Shown piece after piece: positions 8,366 through 18,923 of a stretch of DNA of 64,000 bases. The position numbers and the translations under genes are program-made. How positions within the stretch are numbered: the first letter of the stretch is position 1; every line of letters starts with the position of its first letter. The notes under the pieces are model-generated. The model saw nothing but the letters and a program-made list of their open reading frames with translations, had not been told where the DNA came from and searched no databases. This DNA comes from an uncultured Planctomycetota bacterium (lineage in GTDB: Bacteria > Planctomycetota > Planctomycetia > Isosphaerales > Isosphaeraceae): assembly GCA_963823665.1 (NCBI GenBank), contig CAWGMQ010000003.1, positions 1,434,388 to 1,498,387 on the forward strand, read 5' to 3'.

Positions 8366-11300
8366 GGAGAGATCCATGATGCTGCCGCCGATGGCGGTGC
8401 CGCCCAGGTAGCCGGCTGGAAGATTGGTGATCTGGACGGTGACGCCGCGCAGTTTGGCGACGTCCTGTTCGGGGAGTCCGGCGGCGGCCCAGTCATCGAT
8501 GGCGGCCGTGAGCACCGGGTCCAGCTCTTGCGGGGTGAGGGCCGAGGCGGCGCCGGGGCCTTCCCCGCCGGCGGCCAACTGCGGCGGCAGCGCCGGCAGC
8601 ACGGTGCCGATTTGCGGCCGGTAGAGCGTGAAGTCGGCCATGGTCACCGCGCCGTCGCCGTTCATGTCGTCGAACATGTTGTAGGTATTCGCCGGGGTCT
8701 CGTGCCGGAGGATCAGGACACCGTCGGTTGTATTGACCACGCCGTCGTCATTCACGTCGCCGGGCAGGACGTCGAGTTGCCCCGTGAAGGTGATGATCTG
8801 GGAGCTGCTGATCGTGATCGTCACAAGGTCTGGGCCCGCGATGGCTTTGTCGAACGTGATGAGGATGCTGGACGTCCCCGACCCGGAGATGCTAACCGGG
8901 CCGTAGTTGCCGCCGGTGATGCCTGTGACGCTGACATCGGCGGGAGTCAGCGTGGCGGCCTGGGCGAGAACAATCGCGATCCGGTTGATGTTGAACCAGG
9001 GCAGGTCGGTGGTGCGCCCGGCCGGAAGCAGCAGGCCGCCACCGGCGGTATAGAGCGGGGCGGTCTGCGAGCCCCAGTCGACCGAGACCCCGGAGACGGC
9101 GATCGTCGCTCCGGTCACGGTCAGGGTGTCAGCCGGGCTCGTGACGTTGCCGAGCGACGCGCTGATATTCGACGTGCCGATTCCCACCCCGGTGGCCAGG
9201 CCCTGGCTGCCGGCGGTGTTCGAGATGGTCGCGACCGAGGTCGTGGCCGACGCCCAGGTCACCGTGCTGGTCAGGTTCCCGGTCGAGTTGTCCGAATACA
9301 TGCCGGTGGCCGTGAACTGCTGGGTTTCACCCTTGGGAACCGTGGGGCTGGCCGGTGTGACGGCGATTGACTCCAGGACGGCGGCACGGGCGTTGAGCGT
9401 CGTCGAGCCGGTGATGCCGTCATACTTGGCGGTGATCAAGGAGGTACCGGTCGCCGCGACCGCGGTGGCCAGGCCGCCGGTGGAGATGGTGGCGACCGAG
9501 GTCGTGGCCGACGCCCAGGTCACCGTGCCGGTCAGGTTCCCGGTCGAGTTGTCCGAATAGGTGCCGGTGGCCGTAAACTGCTGGGTTTCACCCTTGGGAA
9601 CCATGGGGCTGGCCGGTGTGACGGCGATCGACTCCAGGACGGCGGGGCTGGCGTTGAGCGTCGTCGAGCCTGTGATGCCGTCATACTTGGCGGTGATCAA
9701 GGAGGTGCCAGTCGCCGCGACCGCGGTGGCCAGGCCGCCGGTGGAGATGGTGGCGACCGAGGTCGTGGCCGACGCCCAGGTCACCGTGCCGGTCAGGTTC
9801 CCGGTCGAGTTGTCCGAATAGGTGCCGGTGGCCGTAAACTGCTGGGTTTCACCCTTGGGAACCATGGGGCTGGCCGGTGTGACGGCGATCGACTCCAGGA
9901 CGGCGGGGCTGGCGTTGAGCGTCGTCGAGCCTGTGATGCCGTCATACTTGGCGGTGATCAAGGAGGTGCCAGTCGCCGCGACCGCGGTGGCCAGGCCGCC
10001 GGTGGAGATGGTGGCGACCGAGGTCGTGGCCGACGCCCAGGTCACCAGGGTGGTGAGAGGCTCGGTCGAGTTGTCCGAATAGGTGCCGGTGGCCGTGAAC
10101 TGTTGGGTCAGACCCTTGGCGACACTCGGATCGGCGGGCGTCACCGCGATTGAGACCAGCGCGGGCGAGAACTGATAGGCGCCGAGATCCGGAAAATATG
10201 AACGCGTGATGCCGCGCTGATCGACGGTGATCCCGGTTCCGGCCTCTCCGGTTCTCGAGGGCCGCGGTGCTTTGCGTCTTCAGAGCGATCGTCTGTGTGT
10301 CCCCGCCGTTGCTGGCCAGCCCGCCCGCGAAATTCGGGTCGGTGCCCATAACCAGGTCACCGGGCGGCAAGCCGTTGGATCCCATGCCGTTGCCGTTGAG
10401 GGTGACGAGGTTATTGGTGCTGCCGGTCAAGGTGGGCGTGGTGGCGCCGGCGTTGGTGCTGGTGAAGAAGTCGGATACGGTCGTGGTCGCGTTCTGGCCG
10501 AGGATGCAGTTGATGAGCTGGGCCGCGGCGGTGCCGGTGCCGGTGTAGGGGCTGGTGTTGTTGCCGCCGTTGCTCTTGTCGCTCAAGACGTAGAGGTCGG
10601 TGCCGCCCTGGGCTGCGGTATTGCCGCTGAAGGTGACGAAGGTGGCGTCGACGCTGCCGTTGCGGGCGAAGACGGCGCCGCCGAGGCCTTCTCCGTCGCC
10701 GCTGCCGCCGCTGGGACCGCCGTAGGCGAAGTTGGCGGTAAAGGTGTCGTTGGTGAGGGTGATCGCGCCTTGGTTGCTGAAGATGCCCCCACCCATGCCG
10801 GCGCCGCCGCCGCCGCCGCCGCCGAAGCCGCCGGCGCCGGCGCTGGCGGCGCCGCCGCCGCCGCCGAAGCCGGCGCCGCCGGCGGCGTGCCGCGAGCTGG
10901 CGGCGCCGCCGCCGCCGCCGAAGCCGCCGGCGCCGCCGCCGCCAAAGCCGCCGCCGCCGCCGCCGCCGCCGAAGCCGCCGCCGCCGCCGTCATTGCGGAG
11001 GCCGCCGCCGCCGCCGCCGCCGAAGCCGCCGGCGCCGCCGGCGCCGTTGGCGCCGCCGCCGGCGCCGCCGTGGACTCCGCCCCCAGATTGGTCGTTTAAG
11101 GGCGCGTTGGCCCCGAGGCCGCCGCCGCCGCCGTCGTCGCCGTCGTCGCGGCCCAGCCCGCCCTGGGCCTCGTTGTTGGCGAAGGTGCACCCCTCAGCCG
11201 TGAAACTGCCGCCGTTATCAAAGACCGCGCCCCCCAACCCAGCCCCGCCGCCGCCGCCGCCGCGCCCGCCCCGCCGAGCGCATCGCCATCTTGCAGCGTC

Positions 11301-11752
11301 AGGTTTTCCAGGGTCAGCGAGCTGTCGCTGGCCACGGTGAACAGGCGCACCGAGCCGCCGCCGTCGATGACCAGCCCCGGTGCCCCGGAGCCGTCGATGG
11401 TGATGTTGGTGCCGTTGCCGCTGACGAAGTACGCCGTCGGGCCATACTCGGCGGCAGCCGAGTTGGCCTCGCTGCTGGAGGTGAACATGATCGTGGAATT
11501 GGCGGGAATGCTGAAGGTGATCACGGCCGGCTGGGTGCCGGCGATGGCCTTGCCAATTTCGTAGCCGAGACTGCCGCTCGTGGTTGCTGAGGGACTGGTG
11601 TTGGTCACCATGTAGCTGAGCAAGCAGCGCTCTTCCAGCCGCTCCAGAAAGCGCTGGGCGGTGCGACGCCCGCGGCGCACGGGCGGCTTGCTCGGGCCTG
11701 GCGAGGAGCGGAACAGCGTTTTGAGCGTGGTCAGGGGCGTGCGGCGCGGCAT
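7952..11752 (-). CDS. giant secreted multidomain protein split over 3 frames by apparent frameshifts (~11230-11290 and ~10260-10280)
   Basis: N-term MPRRTPLTTL...RRGRRTAQRFLERLEERCLLS (planctomycete motif). Pmp-like GGAVF/FxxN repeats around poly-Gly tracts: LGGAVFDNGGSFTAEGCTFANNEA, GGAVFARNGSVDATFVTFSGNTA. Five ~87-aa Ig-like repeats (ESIAVTPASPMVPKGETQQFTATGTYSDNST...) and dockerin-like DVNDDGVVNTTD / DMNGDGAVTMAD. C-terminal HELGHTLGLSD zinc-binding motif. Confidence 0.6.
9300..10082. repeat. three tandem 261-bp units (two identical, one near-identical) encoding 87-aa Ig-like domains inside the giant gene
   Basis: Plus-strand ORFs 9561..9821 and 9822..10082 give identical 86-aa translations and 9300..9560 is near-identical; more diverged copies flank on both sides (~9039-9299 and 10083-10150). 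Confidence 0.85.
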
Positions 11753-11854
11753 GATTCATCTCCGGTGTGTTCTGTTCTCGGATTCGCACGACGATCGAGG
11801 CGGTGAATACTCCAGGTCAAGTCAGGGCCGCGCCACGGTGGCACGGCGGTCCCG

Positions 11855-14148
11855 TCACTCCACGGGCAAAGCGGCGAACAGGGCGGCCAGTGGTTCTTCG
11901 TAGTGCTTCCAGCGCGCCAGCGACTTGCGATAGAGCGGCTGGCGGACCTGCGTCACGCTGGCCGTGCGTACCGCCCGGGCTGTTTCATGGAACCGCGCGC
12001 AGGCCGGCTCCCACTCGAGGCCGCACGCCGCGAGCAACCGCGGGGCCTCGGACTGGAAGTCGTCGACGAGCTTTTCGTAAGCCACTTCGTGCACGCGCAC
12101 CGGCAACACGCTTTGCCAGTGCTGCCAGAGCCGCCGGTAATCGCGGCAGCGGCCGGCAAGCTGCTCCCGATCGTCGGCCCAGCGAATGCTGCGGAAGTTG
12201 GTCATCCAGCACGAGACCGCCACGTCGCGCAGGTCGCGGCGCACGTGGACGAACGTCGCCCGCGGAAACAGGAGCGCGAGCAGGCCCAGATAGAGGTAAT
12301 TGTCCGGCATCTTGTCCACGACCCGGTCCGGCCGGGCGCGATCGCCTGGAGAGTTTGGTCCAGTCCCTGGCGGTGCCGCCCGGAGAGCTCGCGCACGGCC
12401 GCCGCGTCCAGAGCCTCCAGGCAGGGGAGCATCTCGTCGGGCCGGCCCAGCAATTCGGGGATGGACACGAACAGCCTGCCCGCGAGAGCCAGCTCGCCCG
12501 CGCCGTGAACCCGCGAATGACTGGCCAGCACCTGCTCGACCAGGGTCGTGCCGGAGCGCGGCATGCCGAAGACGAAGACCGGCAGGCGCGTGTCGTCGCC
12601 TGCCCTGGCCAGACGGTCGAAGAGCTGCGGCGTGAAACCGGCGATGATCCGATCGACGAGCGCCGTGTGCACGGCGGGGTCATACTTTTTGCCGGCCCTG
12701 CGCCTCTGTTCCAGCGCGATGGCGTTGGCCTCTTCGAGGCAGCCGGCGGCCGCGGCATAGTCGCCGCGGGCGTCCAGCACCTGGGCCAGGCCAAAGAGCA
12801 ACTGGCCGCGTGCCGGCGAACGGGGGGGCAGGGGTGGCGGGACGGTCTGGCGATCTGTGGTAGGGGCGCCGAGCTGCGCCCGGATCGCTTCCAGGTCGGT
12901 TTCGGGCAACTTGCCGCGCAAGAGCATGGCCAACCGAGACAGCGGCAAGGGCGCCCGGGGATGAAGCGTCTGGGCGTGGCGATAGCGAGCCTCGGCCGCT
13001 GCCATTTCGCCGAGCTCTTCGTGGAGGCCGCCCTGGTTCAGGTGCGCGGCCACGTAACGCTCGTCCAGCTCGAGGGCCCGGCGATAAGAGGCGGCGGCCT
13101 CGGCGAACCGCCCCTCCTGCTGCAGTGCAAGGCCCAGGTGGTTGTGCGCCATGGCGAGCGTGGGATTGAGTTCGACCACGCGCTGCCAGCAAGCCAGGGC
13201 GGCCGCGTGGTCTTCGCCAGCGTCATGGGCGTTGGCCAGGTATTGCCGGATCGCGCCATCGTGCGGGGCCAGCTCGACCGCGTGGCGAAAGCAGGCAAAG
13301 GCGGCGGCGTGGTCGCCCTCGAGGAACAGGGCCAGACCGCGGTTGGCATCGATCTGGGCCACCTCAGAGGGAGGCCGCGATGCCTGGCTAGCCAGCCGCA
13401 GGGCCACTTCGTAGGCAGCCCGCGCCTCGCTGAAGCGCTCCAGGGCACGGTAGGCGTTGCCGAGATTGTTGTGGGCGGCCGGCAGGTCGCCCTGGAGCGT
13501 GACGGCTTCCGCGCAATGCGTGAGGCCTTCCTCGGCTTCGCCCTCTTCGACCAGCAGTTGGCCCAGGTTGCTGCGTGCCACCGCCAGCTTGGGATCGAGA
13601 TCGACCGCCAGGCGGTAAGCCTCGAGGGCTTCGCCCAAAGAGCCCAGCTCGCGGAGGGACGTACCGAGGTTGTTCCTGGCCAGGGCGAAATCGGGCCGCA
13701 TCTCCAGGGCGGCGCGGAACTCGGCCACGGCTTCGGCAAACCGCCCTGCGCGCGTGCAGCGCGAGGCCCTTGTTGTTGGCTGCCTCGGGGTAGTCCGGTC
13801 GAAGCCGCAGGGCGGTCCGGCAGCAGTCGATGGCCTCCTGGTGCTGGCCCAGGGCGCGGTGAACCTCGGCCAGGTTGGCGTGGTAAGCGGCGGTCTCGGG
13901 CTCGAGAACCACGGCGCGGGCGATCAGCTCGACCGCCCTGGCAGAATATCCGTTCTGGTGGTGCAGGACGCCGAAGAGATGCAGGGCACCGGCGTGGTCG
14001 GGCTGCCTGGTAAGCACGGTGTGATAGCAACGGGCCGCGTCGGCGAAACGACCCGCCTGGTGCAACTGCCAGGCGGTGGCAAGCTCGGAATCGGCTGGCT
14101 GTGTGACAAGGTGCAGGGGAAATCTCCCATTTGCAGGGGACTGGGTCA
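11855..14148 (-). CDS. TPR-repeat protein with C-terminal sulfotransferase domain (apparent frameshifts ~13760-13790 and ~12300)
   Basis: N-terminal TPRs (AWQLHQAGRFADAARCYHTVLTRQPDHAGALHLFGVLHHQNG...). P-loop-like PVFVFGMPRSGTTLVEQVLASH (sulfotransferase 5'-PSB motif) and the C-terminal sulfotransferase segment in ORF 11855..12319. Confidence 0.6.
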
Positions 14149-14289
14149 TGTGGCCCGGGTCGAGCCGGCAACATCCGGCGAGCCCCCAGAGCGACGGCGC
14201 TAGACCTGGTGCCGTCGCCCTCCGGGCGCCGGCCGCAGCCAATCGAGGCGGTGACAAACTTGTGAACGGTGCCCCGAACGGGAAGCAAT

Positions 14290-14775
14290 TCCGGCGACTT
14301 CTTGCCCGGCCGATTTTTTGTTCCGAAGAAATACTAGCTGCGTCCCGGTTTCGGTTTCCGCTCTAGCGCTACGCCGCTGCCGACTTGAATCGCCCGCGCG
14401 ATGGTGGGCGTAGGCCACACGCCGATCGCTTCCTCGCTGGCGGCCTCAAACAAGGCGTCAACCAATGCGCCTCTCGTCGGGAGAATCGTCGTGGCGGCCG
14501 GCGGTGGCACGGCCAGCGCGGCTATTACTTTAGCCACGTCCGCGGCCGAGGGCAAGCGGCGCGCGCCGGTCGCCAGGGTTTCGGCCATGAGGTCGGTGGG
14601 GGACGTGGTCGGATCGAGATCGGAGAGCCCCAGCGTGTGGCCCAGCTCGTGCATCACGACCGTCAGCAAATCTTCATGCCCGGCGGCGACCATGGAGGGA
14701 CCGGCCAGGAAGTCCCCCGGTGCCACGGGGTCTCCGGACGAGGTGCCGATCGACCAGCCGTAGCCGGCGGCATTC
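14290..14775. repeat. copy B: a ~60-bp 3'-flank motif fused directly to the ~415-bp duplicated coding segment
   Basis: 14360..14775 matches 7950..8365; 14298..14358 matches the 3' flank of the PEP-CTERM gene (7028..7097, gaaatacta..cgtccc.gtttc...ccg.ctc). Confidence 0.75.
14334..14726 (-). pseudogene. orphan C-terminal metzincin-like domain fragment, a partial duplicate of the giant gene's 3' end
   Basis: 130-aa translation almost identical to the last 125 aa of the 7952..10144 ORF; no upstream domains. Confidence 0.5.
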
Positions 14776-14954
14776 GCGGAATCCCTTTGGGTACGGGCCA
14801 GCCCGGTTTCTTACTACAGAACAGGTGAAGCCTCGGGTCCCTGCGAGCGGTCCTTCGCAAGTTTTGCCGGAGCGGTGAACAGATATAATAGCCATATCGT
14901 ATAGATAGACGTACTGAACGAGGTAAGCGTGATGCCAGCCAGAGGAGCGCAGTC

Positions 14955-15056
14955 ATGCTAACCGTGACCCACCTTTGCTACTTCGCGACAGTCGCCACAA
15001 TCGGCATCCTGCTCATCGTGATCGGACAGGCGAAAGCCAATGCAGGCGTGAAGTGA
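14955..15056 (+). CDS. 33-aa hydrophobic small ORF (candidate small membrane peptide or type I toxin-like)
   Basis: ATG 14955 preceded by AGGAGCG 8 nt upstream and a TATAAT at ~14878; MLTVTHLCYFATVATIGILLIVIGQAKANAGVK; not in the ORF track (below 60 aa). Confidence 0.3.
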   Translation: MLTVTHLCYFATVATIGILLIVIGQAKANAGVK

Positions 15057-15106
15057 ATCTGGCCACCGCCGGCCGCGGCCTCTTGCACAAGGGGCTTGCG
15101 GCGGGT

Positions 15107-15322
15107 CTAGTTTCTGCCTGGCGAGTCCTCGAGCAGCGACTCCATTCTCGACAAGATGCTCTCAAAAGCCCACTCCTCGGCCCGTTCATCCATCTGCCCG
15201 ACGATCTTTCCCCGGATCTCGCGCAAGCGGACTCGCTCTCGGTATAACGAGTCGGCCACTTCGAGGACTTCGGGGTCGGCGAGCTGCTTTGCCGTGATCT
15301 TCTCGTACAATAAGTCGTTCAA
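15107..15322 (-). CDS. small hypothetical protein
   Basis: ORF track only. Confidence 0.25.
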   Translation of the reverse strand: MNDLLYEKITAKQLADPEVLEVADSLYRERVRLREIRGKIVGQMDERAEEWAFESILSRMESLLEDSPGRN

Positions 15323-15522
15323 ACTCCTGTCGCAAGGTTGAGCGGTCGAGCTGTGAGCCGCGCAACAAATGCTTATGCAAAACGCGCGGCTGAAATCGTC
15401 CGAACCAATTGAGTCATTTGGACGTTCACCGATTGACGGTCCGACATTGGCCCGTCATTGTGAATACGTTTTCGTGAGAGAGCCACAAGGTCGGCGGCGG
15501 CGGTCTCAACTGAAGGTAGGGT

Positions 15523-15960
15523 GTGCTGATTTTGGGCGATCGGAGGTTTATCGAGGCTGCTTTCGAGTCCGAAGCAGAACTCGAACAGGTTGTCATCGCT
15601 AATTCCGAATACCTTTTCGGCCCGGCCTCCCTCTATTTTCCGAAAGCGCTTATCCGCACCAAAGATGGATTTGGGACCATCCCCGATGGGTTCGTGATCG
15701 ACCTGGCCGCACGGCGATGGTTCGTGGTTGAAGCAGAGTTGGGCAAGCACAGCGTCTGGAGCCACATCGCACCCCAAGTCGCCAAACAGCTCATCGCTGC
15801 CATGAACCCTGCCTCGCGACAGCTTCTCATCGATTTAATCGTCGACAAGGTCCGAGAAGACCCGACCGCGATGGAGAAGTTCACCGATGAAGGGGATGTC
15901 AGACACCCCCTTCTGAAGAGGCCGTGGTCTTGCTCGGTCAATCGTCACTTACCGTCTTGA
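15523..15960 (+). CDS. putative PD-(D/E)xK nuclease-fold protein, DUF4263/Shedu-like
   Basis: FESEAELEQVVIANSEYLFG...IPDGFVIDLAARRWFVVEAELGKH resembles the D...(E/D)xK core and N-terminal ELE motif of DUF4263; the 3' end may be frameshifted. Confidence 0.35.
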   Translation: MLILGDRRFIEAAFESEAELEQVVIANSEYLFGPASLYFPKALIRTKDGFGTIPDGFVIDLAARRWFVVEAELGKHSVWSHIAPQVAKQLIAAMNPASRQLLIDLIVDKVREDPTAMEKFTDEGDVRHPLLKRPWSCSVNRHLPS

Positions 15961-16312
15961 TAGGATCGAGGCGGAGTTCTCGCAGCTCCGAGGGCGCCAG
16001 CGATCCGTCAGACTGCCGTTCCAGAGGATGGAAGAGTTTGATTCGGGCCGCCGTGATCTTGATGGGCGAGCGCAATCCGGATGCGCTCAATTCCATCTTG
16101 GCGTCCGTCGCGATAAGGCGATCCACGACGCAGTCGTAGTCGACCTCGTGAGCGCGAATCGTCCACTGGTCACGTTGGCCAGGGGGTTTCGTCTGATCTT
16201 CACGCACGACGACGTTGCCTTTGAAGCGAATCGTCATCGGCCAGTCGCTATCTACTTGCAGCGTTTGAGCGTCGCGGTCGCTCGCCGGCCGTCCGACATA
16301 TCCCGTGCTCAC
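15938..16312 (-). CDS. hypothetical protein (weak OstA/LptA-like beta-jellyroll resemblance)
   Basis: MTIRFKGNVVVREDQ...WTIRAHEVDYD. Confidence 0.2.
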   Translation of the reverse strand: MSTGYVGRPASDRDAQTLQVDSDWPMTIRFKGNVVVREDQTKPPGQRDQWTIRAHEVDYDCVVDRLIATDAKMELSASGLRSPIKITAARIKLFHPLERQSDGSLAPSELRELRLDPIKTVSDD

Positions 16313-16598
16313 ACCGCCCCGCGTCGGTGACTGGAATCCGCTGGAATCCCCATACCGGAGAGCTTCCCGATTCAGTGCCTGGGCGTCGTCGTCTGATTAT
16401 TAGCGATGTCCCGGGAATCCATCCGGGTCTTGAATTGCCGCGCGAGCTCGGATGAAATAACAACCTGGGGCCGACTCGGTCTGGAGATGGGATCCGGCGC
16501 TGTGGCCAGCCGGCGTCAGTGAAATCTTGAGCCAATCATGCTTCTTGTGGACCGACCGGCTCGACCGCGACACCCGTGATACAGGAATTCTCCCGGTG

Positions 16599-18221
16599 AT
16601 GAGATGTTCAATCGGCATGCCGTGCGCCGGGGCCCTGTTCATCCTGTTGTCGCTCCTGGCCCTCGGGCGAGGCTTGGCCGCCGAACCCGATTCCCGGTTC
16701 ACGGCATTCTTCGAGGCCGCCGATCGCGCCGCCCGTCAGACGGCCATCGCGGCCATCCTCGCAGCGGCTCCCGACCCGATGGACGTCGAACGGGCGCTCC
16801 AGCAAGGACGGAGCTATCCGGCCGACACCAAGAAGGGATGGCAGGTGTTCACGCACAGGGGCTCAGATGGCGAGGCTCGGCCGTACCACGTCTACGTGCC
16901 CAAGGGTTATGACCCAGGCCGGAAGCATCCGGCGATCGTGTCGTTGCACGGGGGCGTCGGCCGCGCCAATCTCCTCCCGGAAAACATGGTAAACCAGATC
17001 CGCGCCGAACTTGAGAAGGATGCGGACAAGTATGGCTGGATCATCATCCTTCCGCTGGGCCAGCGCGGCGCGAGCTGGTTCGATCGGGTGGGTATGACCA
17101 ACATCCTGGCTCAACTCGCGGCCGCCAAGCGGCATTACAACATCGACGAGGACCGGGTTATCCTCGGCGGCTTCTCCGACGGCGCCAGCGGTGCCCTTGT
17201 CATGGGCCTTTATGATCCCACGCCGTGGGCAGGCTTCTTCGCACTGTCCGGCAGCATTGTCGTCGCCGGCATGGCGCCCGACGACGCTTTCCCTGCTAAC
17301 CTCGCGAACCGGCCGGTCCACGCGGCGAACGGGGGAGTCGATCCGCTCTACCCTTCGGTCCTTCAGAAGATGTTCATTGACCAGCTCAAAGAGCAGGGTG
17401 TCCGGATCACCTGGACCGACTACCCAGCGTCGGGGCACGATGGCAGCTACATGGACCAGGAAGACCCGAAGGTCGTGAAGTTCGTGTTCAAGACAGTGCG
17501 CGCCCGAGCCCCCAGACACCTGGTCTGGGAAACTTCCAGCGCAAAGGTCGGCCGCTGCGACTGGGTGCGAGTCGAAGAGGTTCGGGACGTCGGCAACAAC
17601 CGGGGGCCCGAGCCCTCCAACCTGATCTTGACCGGACCAGCTCAGTTTGCCATTGCCCCCGACATGGCCTTCGCTGGCCCGGGGGTGCGTGTCCGACAAG
17701 TCCCGCCGGGGACGCTGTCGCAGACCTCCGGTCTCGAGCCGGGCGATGTCGTGACCCGTCTCCACGGCGTCGAGATCAAAACGGTGGTTGATTTCCAGAA
17801 GGTTGGCATCACCCAGATCTTCGCCATGAAGAAAGGCGACACGATCGACGGCGAGTACCGTCGCGGCGACGCGATCCGATCGTTTCGCGTCGAAGTTCCG
17901 GAACTGCCCCGTGTGCCGATCTTCAAGCGGAGCGGGCTTGCCGGCCGGCTCGAGGTCAACGCCAAGGGCAACCGCATTGAGGTGACGGCCCGCGGGGTTG
18001 CCCGCTACACCCTGTTGATTCGCCGTGAGCTGTTCGACCTCGACCAGCCCATCCAGGTCGTCACGAACGGCGCCGTTAGCTTTCACGCTCGGGTGAAACC
18101 CGACGTGGGCTTCCTGCTCGAACAGGCCGCGGAGGATGACGACCGCTCGGCAATCTCCTGCGCCCGGATCGAGGTCAAAGTGCCCGCCGGGGCGGCTCCG
18201 GCTTCCGGGCATCGGCAGTAG
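16599..18221 (+). CDS. secreted alpha/beta-hydrolase (esterase / PHB-depolymerase family) with C-terminal PDZ-like region
   Basis: Signal peptide MRCSIGMPCAGALFILLSLLALGRGLAAEP; YHVYVPKGYDPGRKHPAIVSLHGG; nucleophile elbow GFSDG; C-terminal GDVVTRLHGVEIKTVVDFQ PDZ-like segment. Confidence 0.65.
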   Translation: MRCSIGMPCAGALFILLSLLALGRGLAAEPDSRFTAFFEAADRAARQTAIAAILAAAPDPMDVERALQQGRSYPADTKKGWQVFTHRGSDGEARPYHVYVPKGYDPGRKHPAIVSLHGGVGRANLLPENMVNQIRAELEKDADKYGWIIILPLGQRGASWFDRVGMTNILAQLAAAKRHYNIDEDRVILGGFSDGASGALVMGLYDPTPWAGFFALSGSIVVAGMAPDDAFPANLANRPVHAANGGVDPLYPSVLQKMFIDQLKEQGVRITWTDYPASGHDGSYMDQEDPKVVKFVFKTVRARAPRHLVWETSSAKVGRCDWVRVEEVRDVGNNRGPEPSNLILTGPAQFAIAPDMAFAGPGVRVRQVPPGTLSQTSGLEPGDVVTRLHGVEIKTVVDFQKVGITQIFAMKKGDTIDGEYRRGDAIRSFRVEVPELPRVPIFKRSGLAGRLEVNAKGNRIEVTARGVARYTLLIRRELFDLDQPIQVVTNGAVSFHARVKPDVGFLLEQAAEDDDRSAISCARIEVKVPAGAAPASGHRQ

Positions 18222-18254
18222 TGGATAAGCGCACCTCCGCGCGAGATTCAATCA

Positions 18255-18743
18255 ATGGAATACAAAGGCTACACGGGCATTCCCTTCATCGACGAAGAAT
18301 CGGAGTCTCTCTATGGGCACGTGATCGGACTTCGCGACGTCATCACTTTCCACGGCGACAACTTCGCCGAGTTGACGCAGTCATTTCGCGATTCAGTCGA
18401 CGACTACCTGGACTTTTGCAAGTCGCTCGGCCGGTCCCCGGAAAAGCCGTTCTCTGGTCGGTTTCTACTGCGGATTCCCCCGGAGCTCCATCGCGCGCTG
18501 TCAATCGCTGCCGAGTCAAAGGGAATGAATCTGAACTCGCTGATTCTGGAGAAACTTCAATCGTTCCGAAATGAATTCGGGTACTCCAAATTATCGGAGA
18601 GATCCGAGCAATTGGAAGCGGATCAACCCCGGCGCCGGAAGCGAAGGATTTTGCCCGTCGGATCGCTGGATCGATCGTCCGAGCTCGCTGGGAAGTCAAA
18701 GGCTCGTAAGAAGAGCACAAAGGACCGCGCCGGCGAGCGATGA
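18255..18743 (+). CDS. hicB: HicB-family antitoxin (type II TA), no HicA partner detected
   Basis: MEYKGYTGIPFIDEESESLYGHVIGLRDVITFHGDNFAELTQSFRDSVDDYLDFCKSLGRSPEKPFSGRFLLRIPPELHRAL matches HicB with C-terminal RHH; the C-terminal tail after ~aa 110 is of uncertain extent. Confidence 0.65.
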   Translation: MEYKGYTGIPFIDEESESLYGHVIGLRDVITFHGDNFAELTQSFRDSVDDYLDFCKSLGRSPEKPFSGRFLLRIPPELHRALSIAAESKGMNLNSLILEKLQSFRNEFGYSKLSERSEQLEADQPRRRKRRILPVGSLDRSSELAGKSKARKKSTKDRAGER

Positions 18744-18903
18744 CACAACCGAGACACCATCGGTAAGCCCGAATTCAATGCAGGTTCTCAGCGAGGCGCG
18801 AGAGGAGGTGATTCCTCGGCACGATCAAAGCCAGACTGCGCGTCGCCTCTCTTCGAGGGCGGGATTTCCACCCGGAAAGGGCGTCGCTCGCGCCTCTTGC
18901 ATA

Positions 18904-18923
18904 TTTATGACGGTCGTCATAAA
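18904..18923. promoter_or_regulatory. perfect palindrome TTATGACG-gt-CGTCATAA ~55 bp upstream of the blaI-like start; candidate BlaI operator
   Basis: 8-bp arms with 2-nt spacer read directly from the sequence (18905-18922); BlaI/MecI/CopY repressors bind dyads upstream of their own operon. Confidence 0.4.

Noticed and set aside
7003-9370. Long plus-strand ORFs (7003..8121, 7898..9370, 9126..10082)
   Set aside because: They run antisense to the PEP-CTERM gene and the Ig-repeat gene; the composition is Arg/Gly-rich junk typical of the reverse frame of high-GC genes.
10227-11340. Pro/Ala-rich ORFs (PPPPPKPPAP...) and poly-Arg ORF 10990..11190
   Set aside because: Antisense or alternative frames of the poly-Gly region (GGC repeats read as GCC/CCG); not independent genes.
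11767-14013. 748-aa plus-strand ORF
   Set aside because: Antisense to the TPR-sulfotransferase gene; it appears long only because the high GC suppresses stops.
16863-18251. 462-aa minus-strand ORF
   Set aside because: Antisense to the well-supported alpha/beta-hydrolase gene.
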